A DNA stretch of 64,000 nucleotides. It comes from Candidatus Babelota bacterium. Lineage in GTDB: Bacteria > Babelota > Babeliae > Babelales > Vermiphilaceae. The DNA is taken from assembly GCA_049325595.1 (NCBI GenBank), contig JBMOLF010000010.1:128001-192000 (forward strand). The letters run 5' to 3'. Under the pieces are notes generated by a model, which was given only the letters and a program-made list of their open reading frames with translations, had not been told where the DNA came from and made no database searches. Positions 28,469 through 43,061 of this stretch are shown here, piece after piece; within the stretch, counting starts at the first letter, position 1; every line of letters begins with the position of its first letter. Made by a program: the position numbers and the translations under genes.

Positions 28469-29404
28469 GTGTACAATGTAATGAATATGCTTAAAATTTT
28501 CTGGGGTTTTGCGCTGTTAGCAAGTGGTATTGTCGCTAACAAAATTATTTTACTTTACGTGCCACCAATTTTATCAGTTGCGTTGCGCATGATTATTGCA
28601 GGATCGATATTGCTTGCATTTGCTTTACGTCGCGTGCACAATTTACGCTGGTCTTATATCAAACAAGATGCGTTTGCGCTCATTGGGGCAGGTACTTTGA
28701 CAACATTGGTTCCAGCAATTTTAAAAGCATATGCGCTTAAAAATATGCTTTCATCTAAGGCGGCTTTTTTAGGAAGTTTAGATCCTTTTGTTACTGCCAT
28801 GTATGCGTATTTGTTTTGGCGGGAAACATTAAATTGGCAAAAGGCGGTAGGAATATTTTTTGGTTTTGCGGGCGCAGTAATAATGTTAGTATCATCAGCG
28901 CCGGCAGAAGCTAACTTAATTGCATGGGGACGTTTGTCATATCCTGAGCTAGCAGCACTTGCTGCTATGGCTTTAGGTCGACTTGGTTGGATGGTAGTTC
29001 AAAAATTAATGAGATCAAATCGTTATAGTGCTGCAGAAATGAGTAGTGTGAGTATGTTATTTAGTGGTAGTTTGGCGTTTTTACTATCTCTTTATTATGA
29101 GCAAATAACCACTGTTTGTTTTGATAATTTGACTCATTTATTTGCTGCATTGTTATGGACCGCTATTATCGGTAATGTAATTGCGTACACTATGTATACA
29201 AATTTCTTAAAGCATTATAGCTCTACCTTTATCTCATTGACTGGATTTTCAGTGCCCATATTTGTCTATTTATATGGTTGGATGTTGCTTGGTGAACCAC
29301 TTACCTTTTCATTTATAGCAGCTATTTCAGTCACCTTAATTGGTGTGTTAATTTTTTACAGTGCAGAAATTAAAAAGCCGTCATTCTTTGCTTATAAACA
29401 ATAA
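28469..29404 (+). CDS. DMT/EamA family transporter
   Basis: About ten TM segments in two EamA repeats (LDPFVTA, LLGEP). Confidence 0.88.
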   Translation: MYNVMNMLKIFWGFALLASGIVANKIILLYVPPILSVALRMIIAGSILLAFALRRVHNLRWSYIKQDAFALIGAGTLTTLVPAILKAYALKNMLSSKAAFLGSLDPFVTAMYAYLFWRETLNWQKAVGIFFGFAGAVIMLVSSAPAEANLIAWGRLSYPELAALAAMALGRLGWMVVQKLMRSNRYSAAEMSSVSMLFSGSLAFLLSLYYEQITTVCFDNLTHLFAALLWTAIIGNVIAYTMYTNFLKHYSSTFISLTGFSVPIFVYLYGWMLLGEPLTFSFIAAISVTLIGVLIFYSAEIKKPSFFAYKQ

Positions 29405-29449
29405 TATTGTTTTTATACAAATAAAAGACAGAACTCAAAAATAGATCAA

Positions 29450-29893
29450 TTAATTATGTAACCACAATCTTAGCTTTTTTTGTAAAAAGGCTGCAAAAGT
29501 AAGAGCCGAATAAAATAATACAAATTTAATGCCTAAATGTACCACATAATCTGCTATATATACCAATTGTTTGATTACTGGAGCGGAAAAATCAAACCAG
29601 TTATAATAAAGACATTTAAGAGGTGCGAGTCCTAATTTTACTGCTAAATAGCGTGTAATAAATTTAACAAATTCGCCTGCGAGAACTAAACTACCTGAAA
29701 GTTTAATTTTTAGATCATAATCGGCAAGATCAAGTTTAACTAAAGACGCCAAGATTACCGGTAATAAAAAAAATACGAGTACATGTAATATTCCTAGATC
29801 ATAATAATAACTAAAGAGAAGAATGCTTGGGATAGAAATTAAGACCCAGAATATTAAATAAAAAGCACATTTAGTGTTATTTTTCATATTCAA
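29450..29893 (-). CDS. Small membrane protein of unknown function
   Basis: About four hydrophobic segments. Confidence 0.55.
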   Translation of the reverse strand: MNMKNNTKCAFYLIFWVLISIPSILLFSYYYDLGILHVLVFFLLPVILASLVKLDLADYDLKIKLSGSLVLAGEFVKFITRYLAVKLGLAPLKCLYYNWFDFSAPVIKQLVYIADYVVHLGIKFVLFYSALTFAAFLQKKLRLWLHN

Positions 29894-29930
29894 CCATGTA
29901 TTAAAAAATTTTAAATTTTTATTTATATTG

Positions 29931-30845
29931 TTATGTTGCTAAATCACTTTCTGGATCAATGGGATTTTTTAGTTCATCGCCATAAAAAAGATACAATCCA
30001 ATAAATACAATTACTGCTGAAATAACAAAATTCCAGGTAATTGTTTCATGTAATATTAGCCATCCATAAAAAGCAGTAAAGAGTGGCCCAAGAAAGCCGG
30101 CGAATGATAAAAACGTTGCGGTGTATCGCTTTAATAAGTGCGCATATAAATTATGGCAAATAATATTGCTAATCAAAATGATAAGCAATAACCATCCAAT
30201 AAAACTTCCAAGTGAAGGTATAGGTTGAATACCTTCGGTAAATATACCCGTAGCTAGAGCGAATAGTCCGCCAATAAACATGCTAAAGCCATTGATAAGT
30301 GAAGGAGAGTGATTGCGATGACGAACCATTTGGCGCATTACAATCCAACTATAACTATGAGCGGCAACTGCTCCTAAAATGGCAAGTTCGGGCCAAGAAA
30401 CAAATGATATTTCTCCGATAATTTGTTCGGATTTGGAAGTGGTCATTAAAAGAGGAATAATTCCAATAAATCCAATTGCAAGTCCAATCCATTGGCGTAA
30501 TGTAGGTTTTTCTTTGAATATCAAATATGAATAAAATGATGAAAAGAATGGTGCTACATTAAATAAAAAAGCTGTTTTTGAGGAGGGTAAATAGGTTAAA
30601 CCCCAAAATCTGAGAATATAAGTTATATAAATGCCAAAGAAAATAATTTGAGCAAGCAACCATAAATCTTTTTTGTGAAAACTAAATCGTTGTCGAACAT
30701 AAAATCGCTCATAACCGAGCAGTAATGCACCGGCAATAACCATACGAATGCCCGTATAGAAAATAGGTGTCACATAGCTGAGCAAAATTTTACTCATTGG
30801 AAAAGAAGTAGCAAAAAGAGCATAGAGTAATAAAATTAAAAACAT
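29931..30845 (-). CDS. DMT/EamA family transporter
   Basis: Two EamA repeats; paralog of 28469..29404 (shared S[YW]PELA). Confidence 0.88.
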   Translation of the reverse strand: MFLILLLYALFATSFPMSKILLSYVTPIFYTGIRMVIAGALLLGYERFYVRQRFSFHKKDLWLLAQIIFFGIYITYILRFWGLTYLPSSKTAFLFNVAPFFSSFYSYLIFKEKPTLRQWIGLAIGFIGIIPLLMTTSKSEQIIGEISFVSWPELAILGAVAAHSYSWIVMRQMVRHRNHSPSLINGFSMFIGGLFALATGIFTEGIQPIPSLGSFIGWLLLIILISNIICHNLYAHLLKRYTATFLSFAGFLGPLFTAFYGWLILHETITWNFVISAVIVFIGLYLFYGDELKNPIDPESDLAT

Positions 30846-30963
30846 GGCGCTCCATATAGTCAGATCTGATAATTTTTTTATTTTTAGTGTATAACAAAAG
30901 CCTTAATTTGTCTTTGGTCTTTTTTATGTTACATTCTTTGCAGTTTAGAGAATAAATAATGCT

Positions 30964-32589
30964 TTGGTAAGAATTTTTATGAAGAGGTTTTGGATGAATC
31001 GTGTGTATGCTTTTTTAGTGAGTATATTTCTTTCTATTTTTTCAACAACAGTTATGAGTTATATTTCAATGGCTGCTCCGATTGGCCCTTGGATTGCTCC
31101 TACATTAGTTTTATGTGCCAGTTTATTATTTTCATGGGTACGTTCTAAAGAAAGTTTTACTACCACAGTTGCTCTGGTAACTGCAGCAGGATCTGTTGGG
31201 GGGATAATTGCAACCGCATTTGCATTTTCATTTCCGGCTATTTATTTTCTTGATTCGGCAACATTTAATCGTTGGTTAGGAAACCCATGGTATTTTGCAC
31301 AAATTATGACCGGGTTATCTTTAGCTGCTGGTAGTTTTGGCATTTGGATTGCCAACTTGTATGAGGATGATTTAATACAAGTACAACAATTACCTTTTCC
31401 TATTGGTCAACTCATTTATAAAATGATTTCAGCAGGCAATCAAGTACGAAAAGGGATCGAGTTAGTAGTTGGTTTTGTTTCTGCAACTATAATTTCTATT
31501 TTACAAGACGGTCTTTTTTTTAAAGGATTTGTCCCTAAAGCAATTACGTTATTACACGCCCGATCTTTGAGTGTTATTTCTATTCCGCTACTTCGTTTTG
31601 ATCTTTGGCCAATGCTGTGGGCGATTGGTTTTGTTACTGGTCATGTAATCGCAATTCCCCTATTGGTTGGCGCAATATCAAAAATTATTATTATAGATCC
31701 ACTTAATAATGTCTTTTTCCCCTCGCTGAATAGTATGGATTTTGTATTAGCGTTTTGCAGCGGTATGGTGTTAGCAGGAGCGGCATTAGGATTTTTATTT
31801 AGTCCTCAAGCTCTATGGAATTCACTAAAAAAATATGTTGATAAAAATAACACAGCGTATAATTTTTCCCGTTATACAAAGAACATTCTCATACAGGGTC
31901 TCATAACAATACTAATCTGTATGGGGTATTTATCATATTTTGGATTTGGAAGTCTGCCAATTGCATTGTTGCTGTTAGCCTCAGGAATATGTAGCTACCA
32001 ATTAGGTGAAATTGCAGGAAAAATGGGTTTAGCGCCTCTTGGTCGCTATGCAACTTTTGTTATGGTTCCTGCAATGTTATTGTTTAAGCTCAATGCAGTG
32101 CAAATTATTATTATTGCAACTTTTGTAGAAATTGCTGGCGGCGTAACTGCCGATATTTTGTTTAGCCGTAAAATGGCGCGACTAGCGCATATATCAAGAA
32201 ACAAAATAATGTGGTATCAATATTTAGGATTGCTTGCAAGTAGCTTGTGTATTGGGGTAGTTTTTTGGTTGTTTATTTCGCATTTGCATTTGGGTTCTGA
32301 TACATTATTTGCTTATAAAGCGCAAAGTAGGGCATTGCTGGTAAATGCAAAGCAGTTTAATTATTTTGTTTTAGCGCTAGGTGTTTTGTTTGGTCTTTTT
32401 CTCAAACAAATAAAAATGAATCCTGCGTTAGTACTTGGTGGATTGCTTATGCCGCTTAACTTATCACTAGGTCTTATTGTGGGTGGGTTACTTACTCTCT
32501 TGACCAACAATAAAGAAGAATATTTTCCTTTTTGGTCAGGAGTTTTTGCCGCCAATTCAATTTGGATGTTGATTAAAGCACTATGGTAA
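30964..32589 (+). CDS. Multi-pass transporter, OPT/YSL-like
   Basis: Many TMs; AFSFPAIY and LPFPIG motifs; start uncertain (ATG 30979 or 30994 possible). Confidence 0.65.
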   Translation: MVRIFMKRFWMNRVYAFLVSIFLSIFSTTVMSYISMAAPIGPWIAPTLVLCASLLFSWVRSKESFTTTVALVTAAGSVGGIIATAFAFSFPAIYFLDSATFNRWLGNPWYFAQIMTGLSLAAGSFGIWIANLYEDDLIQVQQLPFPIGQLIYKMISAGNQVRKGIELVVGFVSATIISILQDGLFFKGFVPKAITLLHARSLSVISIPLLRFDLWPMLWAIGFVTGHVIAIPLLVGAISKIIIIDPLNNVFFPSLNSMDFVLAFCSGMVLAGAALGFLFSPQALWNSLKKYVDKNNTAYNFSRYTKNILIQGLITILICMGYLSYFGFGSLPIALLLLASGICSYQLGEIAGKMGLAPLGRYATFVMVPAMLLFKLNAVQIIIIATFVEIAGGVTADILFSRKMARLAHISRNKIMWYQYLGLLASSLCIGVVFWLFISHLHLGSDTLFAYKAQSRALLVNAKQFNYFVLALGVLFGLFLKQIKMNPALVLGGLLMPLNLSLGLIVGGLLTLLTNNKEEYFPFWSGVFAANSIWMLIKALW

Positions 32590-32747
32590 GTACGGAGTTT
32601 AAAAAAGAACTTGTAGATAAAGTAAAAAAACTATTTTTTTATCAAAAAGCTTTATGCTACAGTATCATTGTATAAAAACATACCATGGGTTAGGGGGAAT
32701 TAGGGAAAAATGGAGGCCTACCCTTGTGATTTTTTGATGTTTATTTG

Positions 32748-33833
32748 TTATTCTAATAAAGTTTCGATATTTACAGTAACAAAATGGGTTGTTGTTTTAT
32801 TTTCCATTGTTGATTGTGCGATAAAAGTGCATAAACTATTTTGAACTTTTATCATTAAAATTTGATAGTCCGCTTTGATAATGTTATCTAATACTTTTCT
32901 TGGTTTAGCAATTTTGAAAGCTAACTTGGCGGAGGTAAAATTACTGTCGCAAACTATTGTGTCGTCTTTTTTGCTAATTATGATTAATTTGTTTGATGTA
33001 TTATCAAAAGTATAATCTTTAATATCTTTTACTTCTTTTGGTAAATGTAATTTGGTAAATACTACATTACCATTGGTTTGTATCAAAAATAGTTTTCCAG
33101 TGTTCTGCAATCCTAATAATTCACTATCATTGATAAAGCTTAATTTTGAAAAATAAAGACCGTTATTATTGTTGTTAAAGGCTATTGGAGTCAAGGTTAA
33201 GGGTGATGTTTCCGTTACATTAATTTTAAAAATGGTAAAGGGGTTATGACATGGATTAATATTTCGTGCTGAAATAGCAAGTAAATTATGTGTTGATAGT
33301 GCTTGTGCGCATAAACAAATCGATTCGCCTTTTTGATCAGAGATTAAATTAAAGGGATGAAGTTTCTTAGTTTTTAAATTTTTTAGATAAAGTCTGACCT
33401 TGTAGGCAAACTTTTCGCGATAATTTATACCATAGGCTATTAAAGAATCTGCATTAGGTCCATCCATAAAATTGCGGTAATAATTTGATATACAAGGATT
33501 TTCTAATACATAATGATGCAAATCATCATAGGCCGATTTAATCAAATATCCTCGTGAGAGTTTTTCTAAGCAGATCAAATTATTATCAACAGATTTTTTA
33601 TCAGCGCTGTCAAACCAATTTTCGCTTATTGTTGTATTACAATGGTCGTTTATTTCATCTAAATTAGGTGAATTAATTTTAAATTTTCTTTTAAAGTAAG
33701 AATGCGATATTTTTTTACTATTTTTAGGCGATAAGCTTATAAAATAAGAAGATGCTGATTTAGTTATTGTGTTTTCGCTGCAAGATAATGATGTGATAGA
33801 AAAAATAGATAATAAAATGATTTTGCTTTTCAA
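32748..33833 (-). CDS. Secreted hypothetical protein, beta-rich
   Basis: GGAGAGG SD before TTG; signal peptide. Confidence 0.65.
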   Translation of the reverse strand: MKSKIILLSIFSITSLSCSENTITKSASSYFISLSPKNSKKISHSYFKRKFKINSPNLDEINDHCNTTISENWFDSADKKSVDNNLICLEKLSRGYLIKSAYDDLHHYVLENPCISNYYRNFMDGPNADSLIAYGINYREKFAYKVRLYLKNLKTKKLHPFNLISDQKGESICLCAQALSTHNLLAISARNINPCHNPFTIFKINVTETSPLTLTPIAFNNNNNGLYFSKLSFINDSELLGLQNTGKLFLIQTNGNVVFTKLHLPKEVKDIKDYTFDNTSNKLIIISKKDDTIVCDSNFTSAKLAFKIAKPRKVLDNIIKADYQILMIKVQNSLCTFIAQSTMENKTTTHFVTVNIETLLE

Positions 33834-34032
33834 TGTTTTATAGCCTCTCCAGCTTTTTTTAATTAAGAATGCCTCTAAATTGAATAAAACATCAATGCTT
33901 TGTTTTCAAAATATCCTTACTGCAAAAATCATTTAGATATTTATTTTCTAACAATACATTTTATTGAAAGTTAATTTTATTTAGCTATCATATTGAGCTA
34001 ATATATTTTAATTAACCTTCGGGGGATTTTCT

Positions 34033-34728
34033 ATGAACAGGTATCTATCATTTAAGTTTTTATTGGGTATTCATTTATTAATGAGTGCACAACATAGTTT
34101 TTCTATGTGGAAAGAGGCATCAAATAAATTTAAATCTAATTTTGAAAATTTAGTTAATCGTGCTACTAATTTTTCTCTATCGCCAACTACACAATTTGGA
34201 TTAGGAATTAGCATTGGGTTTGCGGGAATTTCAGCCAGTAAGATTAAACAAAGAGTTGATCAATACAATAATGCAATCAATCAAAAGTTAAGCAAGCCGC
34301 TAACAACTAAGGGTAAATCTGCAGCCTTTGAATATGCAGTTCGTTATAAAGCATTTGATATTCTTAATAAAACTAATAATTTTCAAAAAAATCAGCACAT
34401 TATAGGAGCAGGTGATTTCACCGAATCTGCTATTACTCTTGCTGCAAATGATTATTTAAAAAATCTTAATAATGTTTTTAAGGAAGAGCAATTTGAAGAT
34501 AAAGTTGAGCATATAAAAGATAATTTGAGAAAATATAAACAAGGGCTAAATAATCAAAAAAGAGATCCTATTTTTTCGTACTATACTAATATGAGTTGGT
34601 ATAAAAAAGCATGGTTTGGACAAAGTGCTGAAAAATGGCACATTGCTCCTGATTATAAATTATCTGAACGTATTCGGTACTATGATCCTATTGCCGCGCT
34701 TGAGGATATTGCACGAGGTAAAAAATAA
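34033..34728 (+). CDS. Secreted hypothetical protein
   Basis: GGGGGA SD; signal peptide ending SFS|M; internal Gly-rich hydrophobic stretch. Confidence 0.7.
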   Translation: MNRYLSFKFLLGIHLLMSAQHSFSMWKEASNKFKSNFENLVNRATNFSLSPTTQFGLGISIGFAGISASKIKQRVDQYNNAINQKLSKPLTTKGKSAAFEYAVRYKAFDILNKTNNFQKNQHIIGAGDFTESAITLAANDYLKNLNNVFKEEQFEDKVEHIKDNLRKYKQGLNNQKRDPIFSYYTNMSWYKKAWFGQSAEKWHIAPDYKLSERIRYYDPIAALEDIARGKK

Positions 34729-34750
34729 ATATCAAAAAAGATAATATAAC

Positions 34751-34776
34751 AAAAAGGCCGCATTCAACGCGGCCTT
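34751..34776. terminator. Terminator hairpin between convergent genes
   Basis: AAGGCCGC/GCGGCCTT stem with an A run. Confidence 0.75.
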
Positions 34777-34794
34777 AATTATTTAGATTGAAAA

Positions 34795-35880
34795 TTATTT
34801 TTTGGTTGCCCAAATTAAATAACTCTCAATAAAATCCATAAGTTCGCCATCAAGAATCAAATCTGGTTGAGGTGATTCGTGATCGGTGCGATGATCTTTA
34901 ACCATTTTATACGGATGCAGCACGTAAGATCGAATTTGCGATCCCCATTCAATTTTCTTTTTTTCTATAGCAGCAGTTTTTGCTTCTTGTTCTTCTTTAG
35001 CTTTTTGAGCGAGCCGCGCCTTGAGCATTTTCATTGCTGTTTCTTTATTTTGGGTCTGCGAACGCTCATTTTGGCATGAAACAACAATGCCCGAAGGATG
35101 GTGTGTTATACGGATAGCCGATTCAGTTTTATTAACGTGTTGGCCGCCAGCGCCACCAGCACGGAAAGTGTCAATGCGCAAATCATTAGGATCGATAGTA
35201 ATTTCTACTTCAGGTACTTCAGGAGTAAGGCTTACTGCAGCAAAAGAAGTATGTCGTCTTTTTGCAGCATCAAAGGGAGATATTCGTACTAAACGGTGAA
35301 TGCCCTGTTCACCTTTGAGTAATCCATAAGGATTTTTGCCTCTAATAAAAAGTGTTGCAGATTTTATACCAGCACCTTCTCCTACTTGATGGTCTACTAT
35401 TTCTACGGGTAAACGCTCGCGCTCGCAGAATCTTACATACATACGCAGCAAAATTTCAGCCCAATCTTGTGACTCGGTACCGCCCGCACCACAATTAATA
35501 CTCAAAAAGGCGTTGGAGCTATCTTGAGGGTCGTTAAGTAAAAGAGCTATTTTAAAAGAGTTAACTGCTTTTTTTAAAGCAATTATTTCACTGCTTAACT
35601 TCTTTAATTCTTCTTCATCATCTTTAAACATGGCTATAAATTCTTCCATATCTTTATGGTTTTGGGTGATGTGAAGATATTGTTCTCTTATGGTACGTAC
35701 TTTTTGTAATTCTTTTAAGATTTCAGCTTGATTTTGATTTTTCCAGAAATCTTCTTGTTCGGTTTCCTTATGTAATTTTTGATATTTTTCTTCAAGATTG
35801 GCATTTTCCCAGTAAGCCTTGATGATGGCAATATCAGGTTGCATAGACTTTAATTGTTCTTGTAATTCGTCAAAAAACAT
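34795..35880 (-). CDS. prfB: Peptide chain release factor 2, single uninterrupted ORF
   Basis: GAGGTESQDW, SPF motif, GGQ, WGSQIRSY; AGGA SD before ATG 35880. Confidence 0.96.
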   Translation of the reverse strand: MFFDELQEQLKSMQPDIAIIKAYWENANLEEKYQKLHKETEQEDFWKNQNQAEILKELQKVRTIREQYLHITQNHKDMEEFIAMFKDDEEELKKLSSEIIALKKAVNSFKIALLLNDPQDSSNAFLSINCGAGGTESQDWAEILLRMYVRFCERERLPVEIVDHQVGEGAGIKSATLFIRGKNPYGLLKGEQGIHRLVRISPFDAAKRRHTSFAAVSLTPEVPEVEITIDPNDLRIDTFRAGGAGGQHVNKTESAIRITHHPSGIVVSCQNERSQTQNKETAMKMLKARLAQKAKEEQEAKTAAIEKKKIEWGSQIRSYVLHPYKMVKDHRTDHESPQPDLILDGELMDFIESYLIWATKK

Positions 35881-36348
35881 AAAATTCCTGTTTGCGGTTA
35901 TTACTTGGTGATAACTAGCATAACACACCAGGCTTAGCCTGGTAATAGGTAGACTTTTTAATTGTATGCAAAAAAAGATAATTTTTATTAAAATTTGGCT
36001 GCAAATTTATAGTGTTTTTAAAGGAAACTTTTTTGCCCTATATATAATAAGGATATATATGGCCAAAAAGTAACATAAATAATGATTATTAATTTTTATA
36101 TATCTGATAACCAAAGAAATAAAATTATGTATAAGAAAAATGAAAAAAAATTTAAAAAGTTATAGTTATTTTAAACTTTTTTGAAAAAATTTTTCGATTG
36201 TCTTAGAAAAAATATCTGTGCAGATACAATTTAAATATAGATCGATTGGATCGGCATATTCAAAATAAATGTGCGTATTGTTAATTAAATGTTTAAAGGT
36301 CTTTTTTCTACGAATTTAAAAAAAAATAAAAAAATTTATAAAAAAGTG

Positions 36349-36376
36349 TTGACTCTATTTAGAATGCAGTTATAAT
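36349..36376 (+). promoter_or_regulatory. rRNA operon promoter with upstream A-rich UP element
   Basis: TTGACT-16 nt-TATAAT; boxA-like TTCTTTGAAA downstream (about 36432) and before 23S (about 38426). Confidence 0.8.
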
Positions 36377-36502
36377 TTAACCATCATTGATTGAAAGTTC
36401 GAAACAACGAAACGAATCAAACGAAAAAGTTTTCTTTGAAATACATGGGAATAACAAATAAGCCTACCAGTTCTTTAAGTAAAAAGAACCCAATTCAATT
36501 TT

Positions 36503-38047
<1,545 letters not shown>

Positions 38048-38156
38048 CGAGGGAGTAAAATCCGACTAGATTTTATCTGGTCATTATATTTAGGTGTAAT
38101 TTGAAAGTCTTTTTCTAAAGACTGGTAGGCAATAAATAACTAATACTCTACGGGCT

Positions 38157-38233
38157 GGGCCTATAGCTCAGGTGGTTAGAGCACCCCGCTGATAACGGGG
38201 AGGTCAGTCGTTCAAGTCGACTTAGGCCCACCA
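38157..38233 (+). tRNA. tRNA-Ile(GAT)
   Basis: CCCCG-CTGATAA-CGGGG arm, in the ITS, CCA. Confidence 0.96.
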
Positions 38234-38260
38234 AGCTATAGTAACTAACTCCAAGAGAAT

Positions 38261-38336
38261 GGGGATGTAGCTCAGTTGGTAGAGCGTCCGTTTTGCACGC
38301 GGAAGGTCAGCGGTTCGATTCCGCTCATCTCCACCA
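38261..38336 (+). tRNA. tRNA-Ala(TGC)
   Basis: GGGGATG acceptor with G3-U70, TTTGCAC loop, CCA. Confidence 0.96.
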
Positions 38337-38481
38337 AAAAAAGTAAAAAATAAGTTGTTTATTAATTATTCTTGTGTATACTATCTGAAGCTTAAAAAAG
38401 AGATAGTGATAAAAAATTTCTTGTGTTCTTTGAAATATATGTAGATTAAGTACTCAACGCTGAGTAAACCAATAAATTTGT

Positions 38482-41497
<3,016 letters not shown>

Positions 41498-41593
41498 ACA
41501 CTAAAAATCTTATTGGTCGAAAGTTGTGTGCTTAATCTACACTTATCAACACACAAGAAAAAATTATTATGACATTTAATGTCACTAACAAAT

Positions 41594-41708
41594 TTCTGGT
41601 GGGTATAGCTACAGGGAAACACCCGTTCCCATTCCGAATACGGAAGTTAAGTCTGTAGCGCCGATGATACTTGTCTGGAGACGGACTGGAAAAGTAGGTA
41701 CTGCCAGG
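41594..41708 (+). rRNA. rrf: 5S rRNA (ends approximate)
   Basis: CACCCGTTCCCATTCCGAA, GAAGTTAAG, GCCGATGAT, AGTAGG. Confidence 0.95.
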
Positions 41709-41715
41709 TTATATT

Positions 41716-41746
41716 AAAGCCTCGAGAATTTCTCGAGGCTTTTTTT
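41716..41746 (+). terminator. rrn operon terminator
   Basis: AAAGCCTCGAGA/TCTCGAGGCTTT stem followed by a T run. Confidence 0.9.
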
Positions 41747-41802
41747 ATGCTTATTAAATTATTTAATATGAGAGAAAAGACATTTACTATCTTTTTGCTT
41801 CG

Positions 41803-42981
41803 TTATAACAAATCAATTGTAAATAAAGAATCATAGCTCTCGCAGCTTTCCATAAAATCCTTTGTGGTAATCCATTGTGGAACGACTCGCTGTGCATATG
41901 ATAAAAACGAGAGCAATCCTACGCGATGTTCAGTATTACCAGCTTGATCGGTTACTTTTTCAGGAAATGCAATGCCAAAGCCAAATAAACGTGGTCCAAT
42001 TGTACCAGTTGATTCATTGTATACCACATTGCTGTTATCTCCATTAATGAGTGGTATATTATTACGTTCAAAACCACAAGCATAAATTATTTTAGTGCAA
42101 TTAACTAACCATTTTTTACGTGCTTCTGGTGTATTAATAATTCTGATGAGATTGCTTGGAAGTTTTTTTTCTAAAACTTCTTTGGCCCAACGTGCAGTTA
42201 TTCCCTTCAATCCTTCTTCTTGATGTAAAATCCAACTACCCATATCAACAGCATATTTAATCGGTTCAGTATAAAAATTTATAATACGGCCTACGCGCAA
42301 CTCAGAAAGAAATTTCAAGATTAAAATAGCAGAATGTGCACTTCCGACAACACCAACCACATCAGAAGGCATTATTGCTTGTGTTAAAGCTGTTTTATCA
42401 AGAGCTACATCAAAGGGAATTTCTTTAAGACCATAATTTAGTTTTTTTGGGTGTGATCCAGTAGCAAGCACCACATATCGTGCCTTAATTGTTTTATTGT
42501 TTTCTGTTTGTATGTGCCAAACATCATCGATAAAATCAAGACTAATTACCTTTCCCTGAACGCCATCAACTTTTGTTAAAAGATATTGCGTTATTTCCTG
42601 CAATGGATCAATAATAACTTTTAAAAAACACTCATAATTGGGATCAAGTTCACAATTATATAATAGTTTTTCAAGAGCGGGAGATTTAACTTCTTGAAAG
42701 GTTTTTAAAGATTTAAAGAATTTGATTAAAACGCCAGTTTTTACATTTCCGGGAACGGTAGGATAAGAACTTAATCTTCCTACGGTAAAATTATTGGCAT
42801 CTGCCCAATGAATTTCGTTATCTGGAATTCCCAAATCTCGGAGCAGTGATACCATTATTATTCCTGCTGGACCACCACCTACAACGAACCAATCCTGAAT
42901 TTCAGGTTCATTTTGCGAAAAAACGAAATTGAAATTTAAACAAAAAAAACAACTTAATAAAAAACAAACTAATTGCTTCAT
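41803..42981 (-). CDS. FAD-dependent oxidoreductase with signal peptide
   Basis: VVGGGPAG, VLATGS, VVGSAHSA, FGFGIAFP. Confidence 0.8.
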   Translation of the reverse strand: MKQLVCFLLSCFFCLNFNFVFSQNEPEIQDWFVVGGGPAGIIMVSLLRDLGIPDNEIHWADANNFTVGRLSSYPTVPGNVKTGVLIKFFKSLKTFQEVKSPALEKLLYNCELDPNYECFLKVIIDPLQEITQYLLTKVDGVQGKVISLDFIDDVWHIQTENNKTIKARYVVLATGSHPKKLNYGLKEIPFDVALDKTALTQAIMPSDVVGVVGSAHSAILILKFLSELRVGRIINFYTEPIKYAVDMGSWILHQEEGLKGITARWAKEVLEKKLPSNLIRIINTPEARKKWLVNCTKIIYACGFERNNIPLINGDNSNVVYNESTGTIGPRLFGFGIAFPEKVTDQAGNTEHRVGLLSFLSYAQRVVPQWITTKDFMESCESYDSLFTIDLL

Positions 42982-43061
42982 ATATTCTCTCCTTTTTAAC
43001 TAATATCATTACTGTATAAAAGATTATCTATATGCTACAAGGATTAGTTTTGGTTCGTTGA

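Noticed and set aside
35945..36345. Long AT-rich intergenic region as possible oriC
   Set aside because: No clear TTATCCACA DnaA boxes and no dnaA nearby; explained by divergent prfB and rrn promoters
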